Source: an uncultured beta proteobacterium
GTDB lineage: Bacteria > Pseudomonadota > Gammaproteobacteria > Burkholderiales > Rhodocyclaceae
Assembly (NCBI GenBank): GCA_903908065.1
Contig: CAIVQO010000081.1
Coordinates: 18,954 to 82,953 of the forward strand
Length of the DNA stretch: 64,000 nt
Direction of reading: 5' to 3'
Position numbers and translations under genes: made by a program. The notes beneath the pieces were generated by a model that saw only the letters and a program-made list of their open reading frames with translations, was not told the DNA's origin and did no database searches. Of this stretch, positions 51,327 through 64,000 are shown in pieces (the first letter of the stretch is position 1; each line of letters opens with the position of its first letter).

Positions 51327-51330
<4 letters not shown>
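50854..51330 (-). CDS. greA: Transcription elongation factor GreA
   Basis: ORF 50854..51399 trimmed to ATG 51330 ([18 protein letters not shown]). Motif [21 protein letters not shown] overlap with carB. Confidence 0.95.
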
Positions 51331-54557
<3,227 letters not shown>

Positions 54558-54559
54558 TT

Positions 54560-55690
54560 TTATTTGCGCTCCATCGAGTGGATGAAGCGGTCGAACAGGT
54601 AGGCGACGTCATGCGGTCCGGGACTGGCCTCCGGGTGGCCCTGGAAGCAGAACGCCGGGCGATCCGTGAAGGCGAGTCCCTGCAGGCTGCCGTCGAACAG
54701 CGAGACGTGGGTGACTTTGACGTTGGCCGGCAGGCTCGCCGGATCGGCGGCAAAGCCATGGTTCTGGCTGGTGATCAGCACCTGACCGGTTTCAAGATCC
54801 TTCACCGGATGGTTGGCGCCATGGTGGCCGAACTTCATCTTCATGGTCTTGCCGCCAGCGGCCAGCGCCATCAACTGATGGCCGAGGCAGATGCCGAAGG
54901 TCGGCAGTTTCTTTTCCAGGAAGACCCGGATCGCCGCGATCGCGTAATCGCAGGGCTCGGGATCCCCCGGCCCGTTGGACAGGAAGACGCCATCCGGATT
55001 CAAGGCCAGCACCTCAGCGGCGGGGGTCTTGGCCGGCACCACGGTCAGCCTGCAACCGCGCGACGCGAGCATGCGCAGGATGTTGCGCTTGACGCCGAAA
55101 TCATAGGCTACGACGTGGAAGCGCAGTTTTTCCGGCGTAACGTAGCCGCTGCCGAGTTTCCATTCGCCCTCGGTCCAGGCATAAGGCTTATCGACCGTAA
55201 CCACCTGGGCGAGGTCCATGCCGGCAAGGCCGGGGAAGGCACGCGCCTGGGCTACGGCGGCATCGGCATCGATGTTTTCGCCCGCCATCAGGCAACCGGC
55301 CTGTGCGCCTTTTTCGCGCAGCGTACGGGTCAGCTTGCGGGTGTCGATGTCGGCCAGGCCAAGCACGTTCTCGGCACGCAGGTAGGCATCCAGTGTTTGG
55401 TCGCTGCGGAAATTCGACGCCAGCAGGGGCAGGTCGCGGATTACCAATCCGGCGGCATGAATGCGGCCGGCTTCACAATCCTCGCGATTGATGCCGTAGT
55501 TGCCGATGTGCGGGTAGGTCAGGGTGACGATCTGCCGGGAATACGAAGGATCGGTGAGGATTTCCTGGTAGCCGGTCATGGCCGTATTGAACACGACCTC
55601 GCCGACGCTGCTGCCAGTGGCTCCTATCCCCTTGCCTCTAAACACCGTTCCGTCGGCCAGGGCAAGAAGGGCGGGCGGAAAGTGAGGCAC
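54560..55690 (-). CDS. carA: Carbamoyl-phosphate synthase small (glutaminase) subunit
   Basis: ORF 54560..55714 (GTG). I prefer GTG 55690 because GGGAG lies 7 nt upstream. Motifs [21 protein letters not shown] and GICLGHQ. Confidence 0.95.
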   Translation of the reverse strand: MPHFPPALLALADGTVFRGKGIGATGSSVGEVVFNTAMTGYQEILTDPSYSRQIVTLTYPHIGNYGINREDCEAGRIHAAGLVIRDLPLLASNFRSDQTLDAYLRAENVLGLADIDTRKLTRTLREKGAQAGCLMAGENIDADAAVAQARAFPGLAGMDLAQVVTVDKPYAWTEGEWKLGSGYVTPEKLRFHVVAYDFGVKRNILRMLASRGCRLTVVPAKTPAAEVLALNPDGVFLSNGPGDPEPCDYAIAAIRVFLEKKLPTFGICLGHQLMALAAGGKTMKMKFGHHGANHPVKDLETGQVLITSQNHGFAADPASLPANVKVTHVSLFDGSLQGLAFTDRPAFCFQGHPEASPGPHDVAYLFDRFIHSMERK

Positions 55691-55770
55691 GATGAGGCTC
55701 CCGGTACAAGTCACGACGTCGATCGGAACCGGACGCAGCTTGTTTCACAGGGCGTTCGGCAAACTTTCCA

Positions 55771-55799
55771 ATTATACCTGCGGGGCCCCGATCATGCAA
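55771..55799 (-). promoter_or_regulatory. Near-consensus sigma70 promoter TTGCAT-N17-TATAAT upstream of carAB
   Basis: The minus strand reads TTGCATgatcggggccccgcaggTATAAT. The spacer is exactly 17 nt and contains the palindrome GGGGCCCC. Confidence 0.6.
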
Positions 55800-55831
55800 T
55801 GCGAGGGCGCGGTTGAAATGCCCTGACGGCC

Positions 55832-57066
<1,235 letters not shown>

Positions 57067-57209
57067 GGGAATTACCGGCCTCGCTCAGATGGGCGGCAGG
57101 CGTGTTTCTACGCCCTGCCGACTCCCGGTGGCAGAATCCCAACCGGGCTGCGAAAACTATATCATAGCCGGCCGTTCGACCCTCGCCGTTTCGGTCCCCA
57201 ACCCGCGTC

Positions 57210-57656
57210 ATGACCCATCCCGACGACCTCAAGAGCATCGGCCTCAAAGCCACCTACCCCAGGCTGAAGATTCTCGACCTGTTCCACAAGCTCCAGGAAG
57301 AGGGCGCATCCCGCCATGTCACGGCCGAGGACGTGTATCGCCATCTGCTGGCCGACGGCCTGGACATCGGACTGGCCACGGTCTATCGCGTACTGACCCA
57401 GTTCGAACAGGCCGGCTTACTGCAGCGCCACCATTTCGAGTCCGGCAAATCGATATTCGAGCTCAACGAGGGAACCCACCACGACCATCTCGTCTGCCTC
57501 GATTGCGGACGCGTCGAGGAGTTTTTCGACGCTGAAATCGAAAAGCGGCAACAGAAAATCGCCGAGCAGCATGGTTTCGCCGTACGCGAGCATGCCTTGT
57601 ACCTCTACGTCGAGTGCAAGAAACCCAACTGCCCGCATCGCAAGCAGCCAAGCTGA
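57210..57656 (+). CDS. fur: Ferric uptake regulator family protein
   Basis: ORF 57210..57656. Motifs [40 protein letters not shown] and CxxC. Confidence 0.95.
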   Translation: MTHPDDLKSIGLKATYPRLKILDLFHKLQEEGASRHVTAEDVYRHLLADGLDIGLATVYRVLTQFEQAGLLQRHHFESGKSIFELNEGTHHDHLVCLDCGRVEEFFDAEIEKRQQKIAEQHGFAVREHALYLYVECKKPNCPHRKQPS

Positions 57657-57712
57657 CGCCCAACCCGGGGCCGACCGATCCGCCCCGATCAACCATTCCT
57701 TAACGCATTGCC

Positions 57713-58285
57713 ATGGAAGCCTTTTTGACTTCGACCACGCTGGTCGCCATCGCCGAGATAGGCGACAAAACCCAGTTGCTCTCCTTCGTGCTGGCGGCGC
57801 AACTGCGCAAGCCACTGGCGATCATTGCCGGGATCTTCGTTGCCACGGTACTCAACCACGCCCTGGCCGGCTCGGTAGGCGTCTGGCTTGCGCAATTGAT
57901 TTCGCCGCACTGGCTGCCCTGGATTACCGGCGTCGTGTTCATCGCCTTCGGACTCTGGGCCCTGCATCCGGATTCGCTCGACGAGCAACCCAGGATTCAC
58001 CCCGCCGGCGCCTTCGTCACCACCACGATTGCCTTCTTCATTGCCGAGATGGGCGACAAGACCCAGTTCGCCACGGTCGCGCTGGGCGCGCAGTATGCAG
58101 GCGCCCTCGTCGCAGTGGTGATGGGAACGACCATCGGCATGATGCTGGCCAACGTGCCGGCGGTGCTGATCGGGGAAAAGCTGGCACAGCGCCTGCCGCT
58201 GAAATACATCCGCTGGCTTGCCGCCCTTGTCTTCATCGCCACCGGCGTAGCGGCGATGTGGGGGGCGCCAGCGCTTTCGGGCTAG
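57713..58285 (+). CDS. UPF0016/GDT1(TMEM165)-family cation (Mn2+/Ca2+) transporter
   Basis: ORF 57713..58285. Two E-x-G-D-K-T motifs (AEIGDKTQLL, AEMGDKTQFA) in a duplicated three-helix layout. Confidence 0.88.
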   Translation: MEAFLTSTTLVAIAEIGDKTQLLSFVLAAQLRKPLAIIAGIFVATVLNHALAGSVGVWLAQLISPHWLPWITGVVFIAFGLWALHPDSLDEQPRIHPAGAFVTTTIAFFIAEMGDKTQFATVALGAQYAGALVAVVMGTTIGMMLANVPAVLIGEKLAQRLPLKYIRWLAALVFIATGVAAMWGAPALSG

Positions 58286-59934
58286 GCGCGCCCCAGCATT
58301 TCCGCCGCATGGCGGCGCGTGGTATCGGTGATTTTTTCACCGCCCAGCATGCGTGCGATTTCGCCGATGCGGGCCTCGGCATCCAGCACAAGCACGGCCG
58401 AGGTAGTCTTGCCGTCGTGCGTGTGCTTGGCAATCGACCACTGCCAGTCGGCTTGCGCGGCCACCTGCGGCAGATGGGTGACGCACAGAACCTGCCGACT
58501 CTTGCCCAACTCGCGCAGCATGCGGCCGACGATTTCGGCGACGCGGCCGCCGATGCCGACATCGACTTCATCGAAGATCAGCGTGCCGGCGGTATTGGCC
58601 TGGCTGGCGATTACCTGCAGACCCAGGCCGATGCGCGACAACTCGCCGCCCGAAGCCACCTTGGCCAGCGGCCGCAACTCCTGCCCGGCATTCGCGGCCA
58701 CCAAGAACTCGATGCTCTGATCGCCCCCGGCGGAGCCTTCGGGAAGGGGCGTCAGCGCGATCTCGAAGCGCCCGCCCGCCATGGCCAGTTCCTGCATGCC
58801 GCCGGTGACCGCCGCCGAGAGCGCCTTGGCCGCCTTGCTGCGCAAGGCCGTGAGCTTTTTTGCCTGTCCGCGATAACAGGTCTCGGACGCCCGCTCCCGC
58901 TCGGCCAGCGCCTCCGGGTCGGCGCGCAGGACAAGCTCGGCCAGGCGCGCCTGCAGGCCTTCCCTCAGCGCGGGAAGTTCCTCGGGAGTGACACGATGCT
59001 TGCGCGCCATTTGCGTCACGGCGTCGATGCGGGCATCGAGTTCGGCCAGGCGCTGGGGATCGAGATCGAGCCGATCCTGGTAGCGCCGTAGCGCCAGCGC
59101 CGACTCTTCGAACTGGATCAAGGCGCTTTCGTAAAGCTGCGCCGCCTCGCTCAGCGAATCATCACAGGAGACCAGTTCCGTCAGGCGCGCGCCAGCATGT
59201 TGCAGGGCCGGCAAGGCGGCGGTCTCGCCCTCGTCGAGCGCCGCCAGGGCCTCGCCGACGGCCTGCAGCAAGGCATTGGCATTGCCCAGGCGACGCTGCT
59301 CCTGTTCGGTTTCGCGCCAGCCGTCGAGGTCGAAAGCCAGCGCCTCCAATTCCTTGACCTGCCACTCGAGCAGTTCGCGCTCGCGAGCGCTGGCCTCGAC
59401 ATCCTTTTGCGCAACCAGTCGCGCTTCCCGGGCGATCCGCCAGGCGGACCAAGCCGCCGCCACCGCCTTCGCCTCGCTCTGCGCACCCGCGTGGGCATCG
59501 AGAAGATCGCGCTGGGCATCGCTGCGCAGCAGCGAGTGGTGGGCGTTCTGGCCATGGATATCGGCCAGGAAATCGGCGGCCTCGCGCAATTGGCCCAGCG
59601 TTGCGGCCGTACCGTTGATGTACGCCCGCGAACGGCCACCGGCATCGATCACCCGCCGCAGCAGGCAGGCGTCGGTTTCGAAATCGCCGGCCCGCAGCCA
59701 GGCTTCCAGCGGACCTCCCGTCGCCACCTCGAACTCGGCCGCAATCTCCGCCCGTTCGGCCCCGGCGCGGACCACGCTGGCATCGGCGCGCTCCCCCAGG
59801 GCCAGCGAGAGAGCATCCACCAGGATCGACTTGCCGGCACCTGTCTCGCCGGTCAGGGCGCCAAAGCCCGCATCGAACTCAAGTTCCAGGCGATCGACGA
59901 TGACGAAGTCGCGGATGGTCAGTCGCAGCAGCAT
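58282..59934 (-). CDS. recN: DNA repair protein RecN
   Basis: ORF 58282..59934. Motifs LTGETGAGKSI and a C-terminal SGGELSRI...FDEVDVGIGG. Confidence 0.96.
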   Translation of the reverse strand: MLLRLTIRDFVIVDRLELEFDAGFGALTGETGAGKSILVDALSLALGERADASVVRAGAERAEIAAEFEVATGGPLEAWLRAGDFETDACLLRRVIDAGGRSRAYINGTAATLGQLREAADFLADIHGQNAHHSLLRSDAQRDLLDAHAGAQSEAKAVAAAWSAWRIAREARLVAQKDVEASARERELLEWQVKELEALAFDLDGWRETEQEQRRLGNANALLQAVGEALAALDEGETAALPALQHAGARLTELVSCDDSLSEAAQLYESALIQFEESALALRRYQDRLDLDPQRLAELDARIDAVTQMARKHRVTPEELPALREGLQARLAELVLRADPEALAERERASETCYRGQAKKLTALRSKAAKALSAAVTGGMQELAMAGGRFEIALTPLPEGSAGGDQSIEFLVAANAGQELRPLAKVASGGELSRIGLGLQVIASQANTAGTLIFDEVDVGIGGRVAEIVGRMLRELGKSRQVLCVTHLPQVAAQADWQWSIAKHTHDGKTTSAVLVLDAEARIGEIARMLGGEKITDTTRRHAAEMLGRA

Positions 59935-59937
59935 ACC

Positions 59938-60816
59938 CTAGTGCCTCGGCGTCGAACTCCAGTGCAGCTTCTCGCGCAGCATGGCGAAATAGCTGTAGCC
60001 CGGCGGATGCAGCAGGGTGATGCTGTGGCGCGAACGCGCAAGGCGCAGCACGTCGCCGTCGCGGGCATCGAAGCGGCCCTGTCCGTCGAAATGCACCCGG
60101 GCGTCGTGCGGTGCCAGGAGTCCCACCTCGATCCGGCTGCTGTCGCTGACCGTGATGGGCCTGTTCGACAGTGCGTGCGGACACAAGGGCACGATGGCGA
60201 TGCCCGCCACGCTGGGATGTAGGATCGGTCCATTGGCCGACAGCGCGTAGGCCGTCGAGCCGGTCGGCGTCGATACGATCATGCCATCGGCGCGCAGGAT
60301 GTGGATCAGTTCGCCGTCGACCTTGACTTCGAGTTCGATCATGCGGCCGGTTTCACCTTTGTTGACCACCACGTCGTTGAGCGCCAGCGTCGTGAATTCG
60401 ACCCGGCCCTCGCGCAACACTTCGGCGTCGAGCAGGAAACGTTGCTCGCGCTGGAATCGCCCTTCCAGCAACTCGGTGATGCTGCCTATCATTGCATCCA
60501 GCGCAATGTCGGTCATGAACCCGAGACGGCCCTGGTTGACGCCCACCAGCGGAACATCGAAACAAGCCAGGTTCCGTGCCGCATTGAGCATGGTGCCATC
60601 GCCGCCCAGCACGATCGCCAGTTCGGCGCGCTCGCCGATCAGTTCATAACTGGCAACCGCATAGCCGTTGCTGCCGACCGCGGCGGCGGTCGCTTCCTCG
60701 ATCAATACCTCGATGCCACGTCCGTGGAGGAAAGCGGCCAGCGCCAGCAGGGATTCGGCGATCTCCGGGCTGCGGTATTTGCCTATCAGGGCAATGCTGC
60801 GAAATGCGCTGTTCAT
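59938..60816 (-). CDS. nadK: NAD kinase
   Basis: ORF 59938..61740 trimmed to ATG 60816 ([14 protein letters not shown]). Motifs [14 protein letters not shown] and [16 protein letters not shown]. The upstream 300+ codons are antisense to hrcA. Confidence 0.93.
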   Translation of the reverse strand: MNSAFRSIALIGKYRSPEIAESLLALAAFLHGRGIEVLIEEATAAAVGSNGYAVASYELIGERAELAIVLGGDGTMLNAARNLACFDVPLVGVNQGRLGFMTDIALDAMIGSITELLEGRFQREQRFLLDAEVLREGRVEFTTLALNDVVVNKGETGRMIELEVKVDGELIHILRADGMIVSTPTGSTAYALSANGPILHPSVAGIAIVPLCPHALSNRPITVSDSSRIEVGLLAPHDARVHFDGQGRFDARDGDVLRLARSRHSITLLHPPGYSYFAMLREKLHWSSTPRH

Positions 60817-60948
60817 GGATCGATTTAACCATACCGCGACCGGGCGAATGGAACGGCCGCGGCAGATTTTTTTGCACTCCGGCGGTCTGGAAACCGCCCC
60901 GCCAGCCACCATCTGCCACCTCTCGGCTGAAATGAATACAATCGGGCC

Positions 60949-61968
60949 ATGCTCGACCACCGTGCGCAAACCCTGCTCAAGACCCTGATCGAACGCTACA
61001 TTGCCGAAGGTCAGCCGGTCGGTTCGCGCACGCTGTCGAAATACTCCGGCCTCGAACTCTCGCCGGCGACGATCCGCAACGTGATGTCCGACCTTGAGGA
61101 AATGGGCTTCATCGCCAGCCCGCACACGTCGGCCGGACGCGTGCCGACGCCGCTGGGGTATCGCCTGTTCGTCGATTCGCTGCTGACCGTGAAGCCGTTG
61201 CGCAGCAACGAACTTTCCGAGATCAAGGAAGCGATCCACCCCGACCAGCCGCAACTGGTGATCAGCCATGCTTCGCAATTGCTGTCGCAGCTCACCGCCT
61301 TCGCCGGCATCGTCGTCGCGCCGCGCCGCCAGCAGCCGCGCATCCGCCAGATCGAATTTCTCGGCCTGTCCGACAAGCGCGTGCTGCTGATCATCGTCAC
61401 CACCGACGGCGACGTGCAGAACCGCATCCTTTTTACCCAGCGCAGCTACAGCCCTTCCGAGCTCACCGAGGCAGCCAACTACCTCAACCAGAACTGCCTC
61501 GGCCTCGATTTCGACCAGGTGCGCACGCGCCTCGTCGAGGAATTGCGCCAGTTGCGCGTCGATATGTCGGAACTGATGACGGCTGCGCTCGAGGCCGGCA
61601 ACCAGGCCGTGGCCGACACCTCGACGCAATACGTGATCAGCGGCGAGAAGAACCTGCTCGGCGTCGAAGACCTGTCGTCCAACATGACCCGCCTGCGCCG
61701 CCTGTTCGACCTTTTCGAGCAGCGCACTGGACTCGCGCAACTGCTCGAGCTTTCCAGCCGGGCCGAGGGCGTGCAGGTTTTCATCGGCGGCGAGTCAGGC
61801 ATCGCTCCGCTCGACGAATGCAGCGTCGTTGCCGCGCCCTATGAAGTCGACGGCCAGATCGTCGGCACCATCGGCGTCATCGGCCCGACGCGCATGGCCT
61901 ACGAGCGCGTGATCCCGATCGTCGACATCACCGCCAAACTGCTTACCTCCGCGCTTTCCGCTCCCTGA
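60949..61968 (+). CDS. hrcA: Heat-inducible transcription repressor HrcA
   Basis: ORF 60949..61968. [31 protein letters not shown]...[28 protein letters not shown]. Confidence 0.96.
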   Translation: MLDHRAQTLLKTLIERYIAEGQPVGSRTLSKYSGLELSPATIRNVMSDLEEMGFIASPHTSAGRVPTPLGYRLFVDSLLTVKPLRSNELSEIKEAIHPDQPQLVISHASQLLSQLTAFAGIVVAPRRQQPRIRQIEFLGLSDKRVLLIIVTTDGDVQNRILFTQRSYSPSELTEAANYLNQNCLGLDFDQVRTRLVEELRQLRVDMSELMTAALEAGNQAVADTSTQYVISGEKNLLGVEDLSSNMTRLRRLFDLFEQRTGLAQLLELSSRAEGVQVFIGGESGIAPLDECSVVAAPYEVDGQIVGTIGVIGPTRMAYERVIPIVDITAKLLTSALSAP

Positions 61969-63053
61969 TGCCCCGCTACGCCCCCGAACCTGCGCCCAAA
62001 CATGGCGCCTTCCGCCGCACGGCTGTGCTACTGGTCAATCTCGGCACGCCCGAGGCGCCCACCCGATCCGCGCTGCGCAGGTATCTCGGCGAATTCCTCT
62101 GGGACCCGCGCATCGTCGAGATCCCGCGCCCCATCTGGTGGCTGATCCTGAACCTGTTCGTGCTAAACCTCCGTCCGGCGAAATCGGCCGCCAAATACGC
62201 CAAGATCTGGCTGCCCGAAGGATCGCCGCTGAAAGTCCATACCGAACGCCAGGCCACGCTGCTCAAGGGCTGGCTGGGAGAAGCAGGCAAGCCAGAGGTT
62301 GCCGTGGCCTGGGCCATGCGCTACGGCCAGCCCTCCATCGCCAGCATGCTCGACCGGCTCAAGGCCGAGGGTGCCGAACGCGTGCTGGTGGTGCCGGCCT
62401 ACCCGCAGTACGCCGCCAGCTCCTCGGGCAGCGTGATGGACGACGTCGCCGACTGGATCAAGCGCACGCGCAATCCGCTGGAAGTCCGTTTCGTCAAGCA
62501 CTTCCACGACGACCCCGGCTACATCGCCAGCGTCGCCGCCACGGTCAGGGAATACTGGGCCGAGCACGGCCGGCCTGACACGCTGCTGATGAGCTTCCAC
62601 GGCCTGCCGCGCCGCTCGCTCGACTTGGGCGATCCCTACTACTGCGAGTGCCAGAAGACCGGCCGGCTGATCGCCGAAAACCTGGGGCTCGCCAAGGACC
62701 AGTACCAGATCACCTTCCAGTCGCGCTTTGGCAAGGCCGAATGGCTGAAACCCTACACCCAGGCCACCCTGGAAGCACTGGGGCACGCGAAGACGAAGCG
62801 GGTCGACGTGATCTGCCCCGGCTTCGTCGCCGATTGCCTGGAAACCCTCGAAGAAATCGCCATGGACTGCAAGGGCGATTTCCTGTCGTCAGGCGGCGGC
62901 GAGTACCACTACATTGCGGCGGTCAATGAACGTCCGGATTGGATCGCCGCACTGGGCTCACTGGTGAGCAGCCACCTCGGCGGCTGGCCGCTGACGGCGA
63001 GCCGCGATGCGCAGGCCCCGGAACGCGCCAAGGCGCTCGGTGCACCTTCTTGA
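61968..63053 (+). CDS. hemH: Ferrochelatase
   Basis: ORF 61968..63053. Motifs [31 protein letters not shown] and ETLEEI. The start overlaps the hrcA stop (TGATG). Confidence 0.95.
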   Translation: MPRYAPEPAPKHGAFRRTAVLLVNLGTPEAPTRSALRRYLGEFLWDPRIVEIPRPIWWLILNLFVLNLRPAKSAAKYAKIWLPEGSPLKVHTERQATLLKGWLGEAGKPEVAVAWAMRYGQPSIASMLDRLKAEGAERVLVVPAYPQYAASSSGSVMDDVADWIKRTRNPLEVRFVKHFHDDPGYIASVAATVREYWAEHGRPDTLLMSFHGLPRRSLDLGDPYYCECQKTGRLIAENLGLAKDQYQITFQSRFGKAEWLKPYTQATLEALGHAKTKRVDVICPGFVADCLETLEEIAMDCKGDFLSSGGGEYHYIAAVNERPDWIAALGSLVSSHLGGWPLTASRDAQAPERAKALGAPS

Positions 63054-63074
63054 AATAGCCAGGTGCCAGCCTTA

Positions 63075-63092
63075 TATCAGTGAAATCTGATA
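63075..63092. promoter_or_regulatory. Inverted repeat TATCAG-N6-CTGATA immediately upstream of trxC; candidate operator
   Basis: Read directly from ttaTATCAGtgaaatCTGATActggagcccgccATG. The arms are a perfect 6-bp inverted repeat. Confidence 0.3.
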
Positions 63093-63104
63093 CTGGAGCC
63101 CGCC

Positions 63105-63539
63105 ATGGCCGAATCCACGATCGTCGTCTGCCCCCACTGTAATGCCGCCAATCGCCTGCCCGTGGATCGCCTGGGCGACGGCGGTACTTGCGGCAAGTGC
63201 AAGTCGGCCCTGTTCGGCGCTGAGCCGGTGGAGCTCGATGCCGCGGGGTTCGAAGCTCAGATTGGCCGTTCCGGTGTTCCTGTCCTGGTCGATTTCTGGG
63301 CACCCTGGTGCGGCCCTTGCCGTTCGATGGCGCCCGCCTATGCACAGGCCGCGCGCCAGCTCGAACCGGCCTTCCGGGTGGCCAAGCTGAACACCGAGGA
63401 CGAACAGCAGATCGCCGCCCGCTTCGGCATTCGCTCGATTCCCACCCTGGCCCTGTTCAAGGATGGCCGCGAGATCGCCCGCCAAGCCGGCGCAATGGAT
63501 ACGGCGAACATATTGCGCTGGGTGCGCAGCCACGCCTGA
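63105..63539 (+). CDS. trxC: Thioredoxin 2 (N-terminal Zn-finger plus WCGPC thioredoxin domain)
   Basis: ORF 63105..63539. Motifs CPHCNAANR...CGKCKS and FWAPWCGPC. Confidence 0.93.
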   Translation: MAESTIVVCPHCNAANRLPVDRLGDGGTCGKCKSALFGAEPVELDAAGFEAQIGRSGVPVLVDFWAPWCGPCRSMAPAYAQAARQLEPAFRVAKLNTEDEQQIAARFGIRSIPTLALFKDGREIARQAGAMDTANILRWVRSHA

Positions 63540-63558
63540 ATTTTTCTTCGCTTCGGGA

Positions 63559-63586
63559 CTTGAACCCCTGGAAATCGCCCTCATCT
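63559..63586 (+). promoter_or_regulatory. Sigma32 (RpoH)-type heat-shock promoter upstream of grpE
   Basis: CTTGAA-N14-CCTCATCT compared with the consensus CTTGAA-N13-17-CCCCATnT. It ends 28 nt before the grpE ATG. Confidence 0.55.
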
Positions 63587-63614
63587 GCGGCGGGTTTCTT
63601 GAGGAGCCCGAACC

Positions 63615-64000
63615 ATGCAGGAAAGCAACGACACCCAGAAGCCCGAAGCACTGCCGGAGGCCGCCGGAGCAGAAAACGCCGTACCGCCAGCGCCGACTGC
63701 TGAGCAAACCGCCGCCGAGGTGATGCCCAGCCTCGAAGATCTGCTCAAGGCCGCCGAACTCAAGGCCGCCGAGCACCACGATGCCTGGCTGCGTGCCAAG
63801 GCCGAAACCGAGAACGTGCGCCGTCGCGCCCAGGAGGACATTGCCAAAGCCGGCAAGTACGCGGTCGAGAAGTTTGCCGGCGAGTTGCTGGCAGTGAAGG
63901 ACAGCCTGGAAGCGGCCTTGGCCAACGAAAACCAGAGCGCCGAGAACCTCAAGGCCGGCGTCGAGCTGACCCTGCGCCAACTAGTGGCCGCCTTCGAGAA
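63615..64000 (+). CDS. grpE: Nucleotide exchange factor GrpE, 5' part (runs off the right edge)
   Basis: Absent from the ORF track because there is no stop in the window. My translation from ATG 63615 (GAGGAG 8 nt upstream) gives [21 protein letters not shown]...[49 protein letters not shown], the GrpE signature region. Confidence 0.88.
   Translation, partial: MQESNDTQKPEALPEAAGAENAVPPAPTAEQTAAEVMPSLEDLLKAAELKAAEHHDAWLRAKAETENVRRRAQEDIAKAGKYAVEKFAGELLAVKDSLEAALANENQSAENLKAGVELTLRQLVAAFE

Noticed and set aside
57067-57209. Fur box in the bamE/fur divergent region
   Set aside because: Only a weak AT patch (gaaaactatatcatagc) is present, with no 19-bp GATAATGATAATCATTATC-like palindrome.
59935-60030. 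LexA/SOS box upstream of recN
   Set aside because: I looked for CTGT-N8-ACAG in the nadK 3' end and the 3-nt spacer. CTGTagcccggcGGAT does not complete the repeat, so no SOS box can be supported from the sequence.
60871-60898. CIRCE operator upstream of hrcA
   Set aside because: Only the left arm resembles CIRCE (TTTGCACTC). The expected right arm GAGTGCTAA, 9 nt away, is absent. The adjacent GGCGGT-N6-ACCGCC hairpin is noted but is not CIRCE.
60817-61740. N-terminal 308 codons of the 600-aa minus ORF 59938..61740
   Set aside because: Only the last 292 aa (from ATG 60816) look like NAD kinase. The upstream part is antisense to hrcA and has shadow-frame composition.
63072-63980. Minus-strand ORF of 302 aa
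   Set aside because: It is antisense to trxC and to the grpE 5' part, both of which have diagnostic motifs on the plus strand.

Overview
High-GC chromosomal segment with betaproteobacterial (Rhodocyclales-like) gene content and synteny. All calls come from reading the ORF track and sequence and from motif recognition by eye; no searches were run and GC was not computed. Coding density is high, with about 68 CDS and one tRNA. I saw no rRNA, CRISPR array, transposase, integrase or phage genes.

Core blocks:
- nuoA-N (14 genes, minus strand), followed by tRNA-Leu(GAG), secG and tpiA.
- An E. coli-type frdABCD operon behind a perfect FNR box.
- pstSCAB, divergent from an olsA/olsB-like lipid pair.
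- glmM-folP-ftsH-rlmE / yhbY.
- DUF4149, greA, carB, carA, dapB, bamE.
- fur plus a UPF0016/GDT1 transporter.
- recN-nadK / hrcA-hemH, then trxC and grpE (partial).

Less ordinary content:
1. At the left edge, an operon reading rnfB-like polyferredoxin, then a 1654-aa PFOR-family enzyme with an internal insertion and a fused C-terminal ferredoxin module, then rnfC-like (truncated by the window edge).
2. A UbiE-like methyltransferase with a degenerate SAM motif directly after frdABCD. This is a rhodoquinone RquA candidate. It is followed by an orphan 227-aa protein.
3. An exported trio of amidohydrolase, His/Met-motif lipoprotein and di-heme cytochrome c peroxidase.
4. A four-gene translationally coupled operon: SRPBCC, GFA, DUF697-like, lysophospholipase-like.
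5. A nudF / soluble Cys-rich-GAF histidine kinase / NarL-type regulator operon.

Several regulatory sites are visible: the FNR box, a sigma32-like promoter before grpE, a near-consensus sigma70 promoter before carAB, and candidate Pho boxes. Many long ORFs in the track are antisense shadows typical of high-GC DNA and were rejected.
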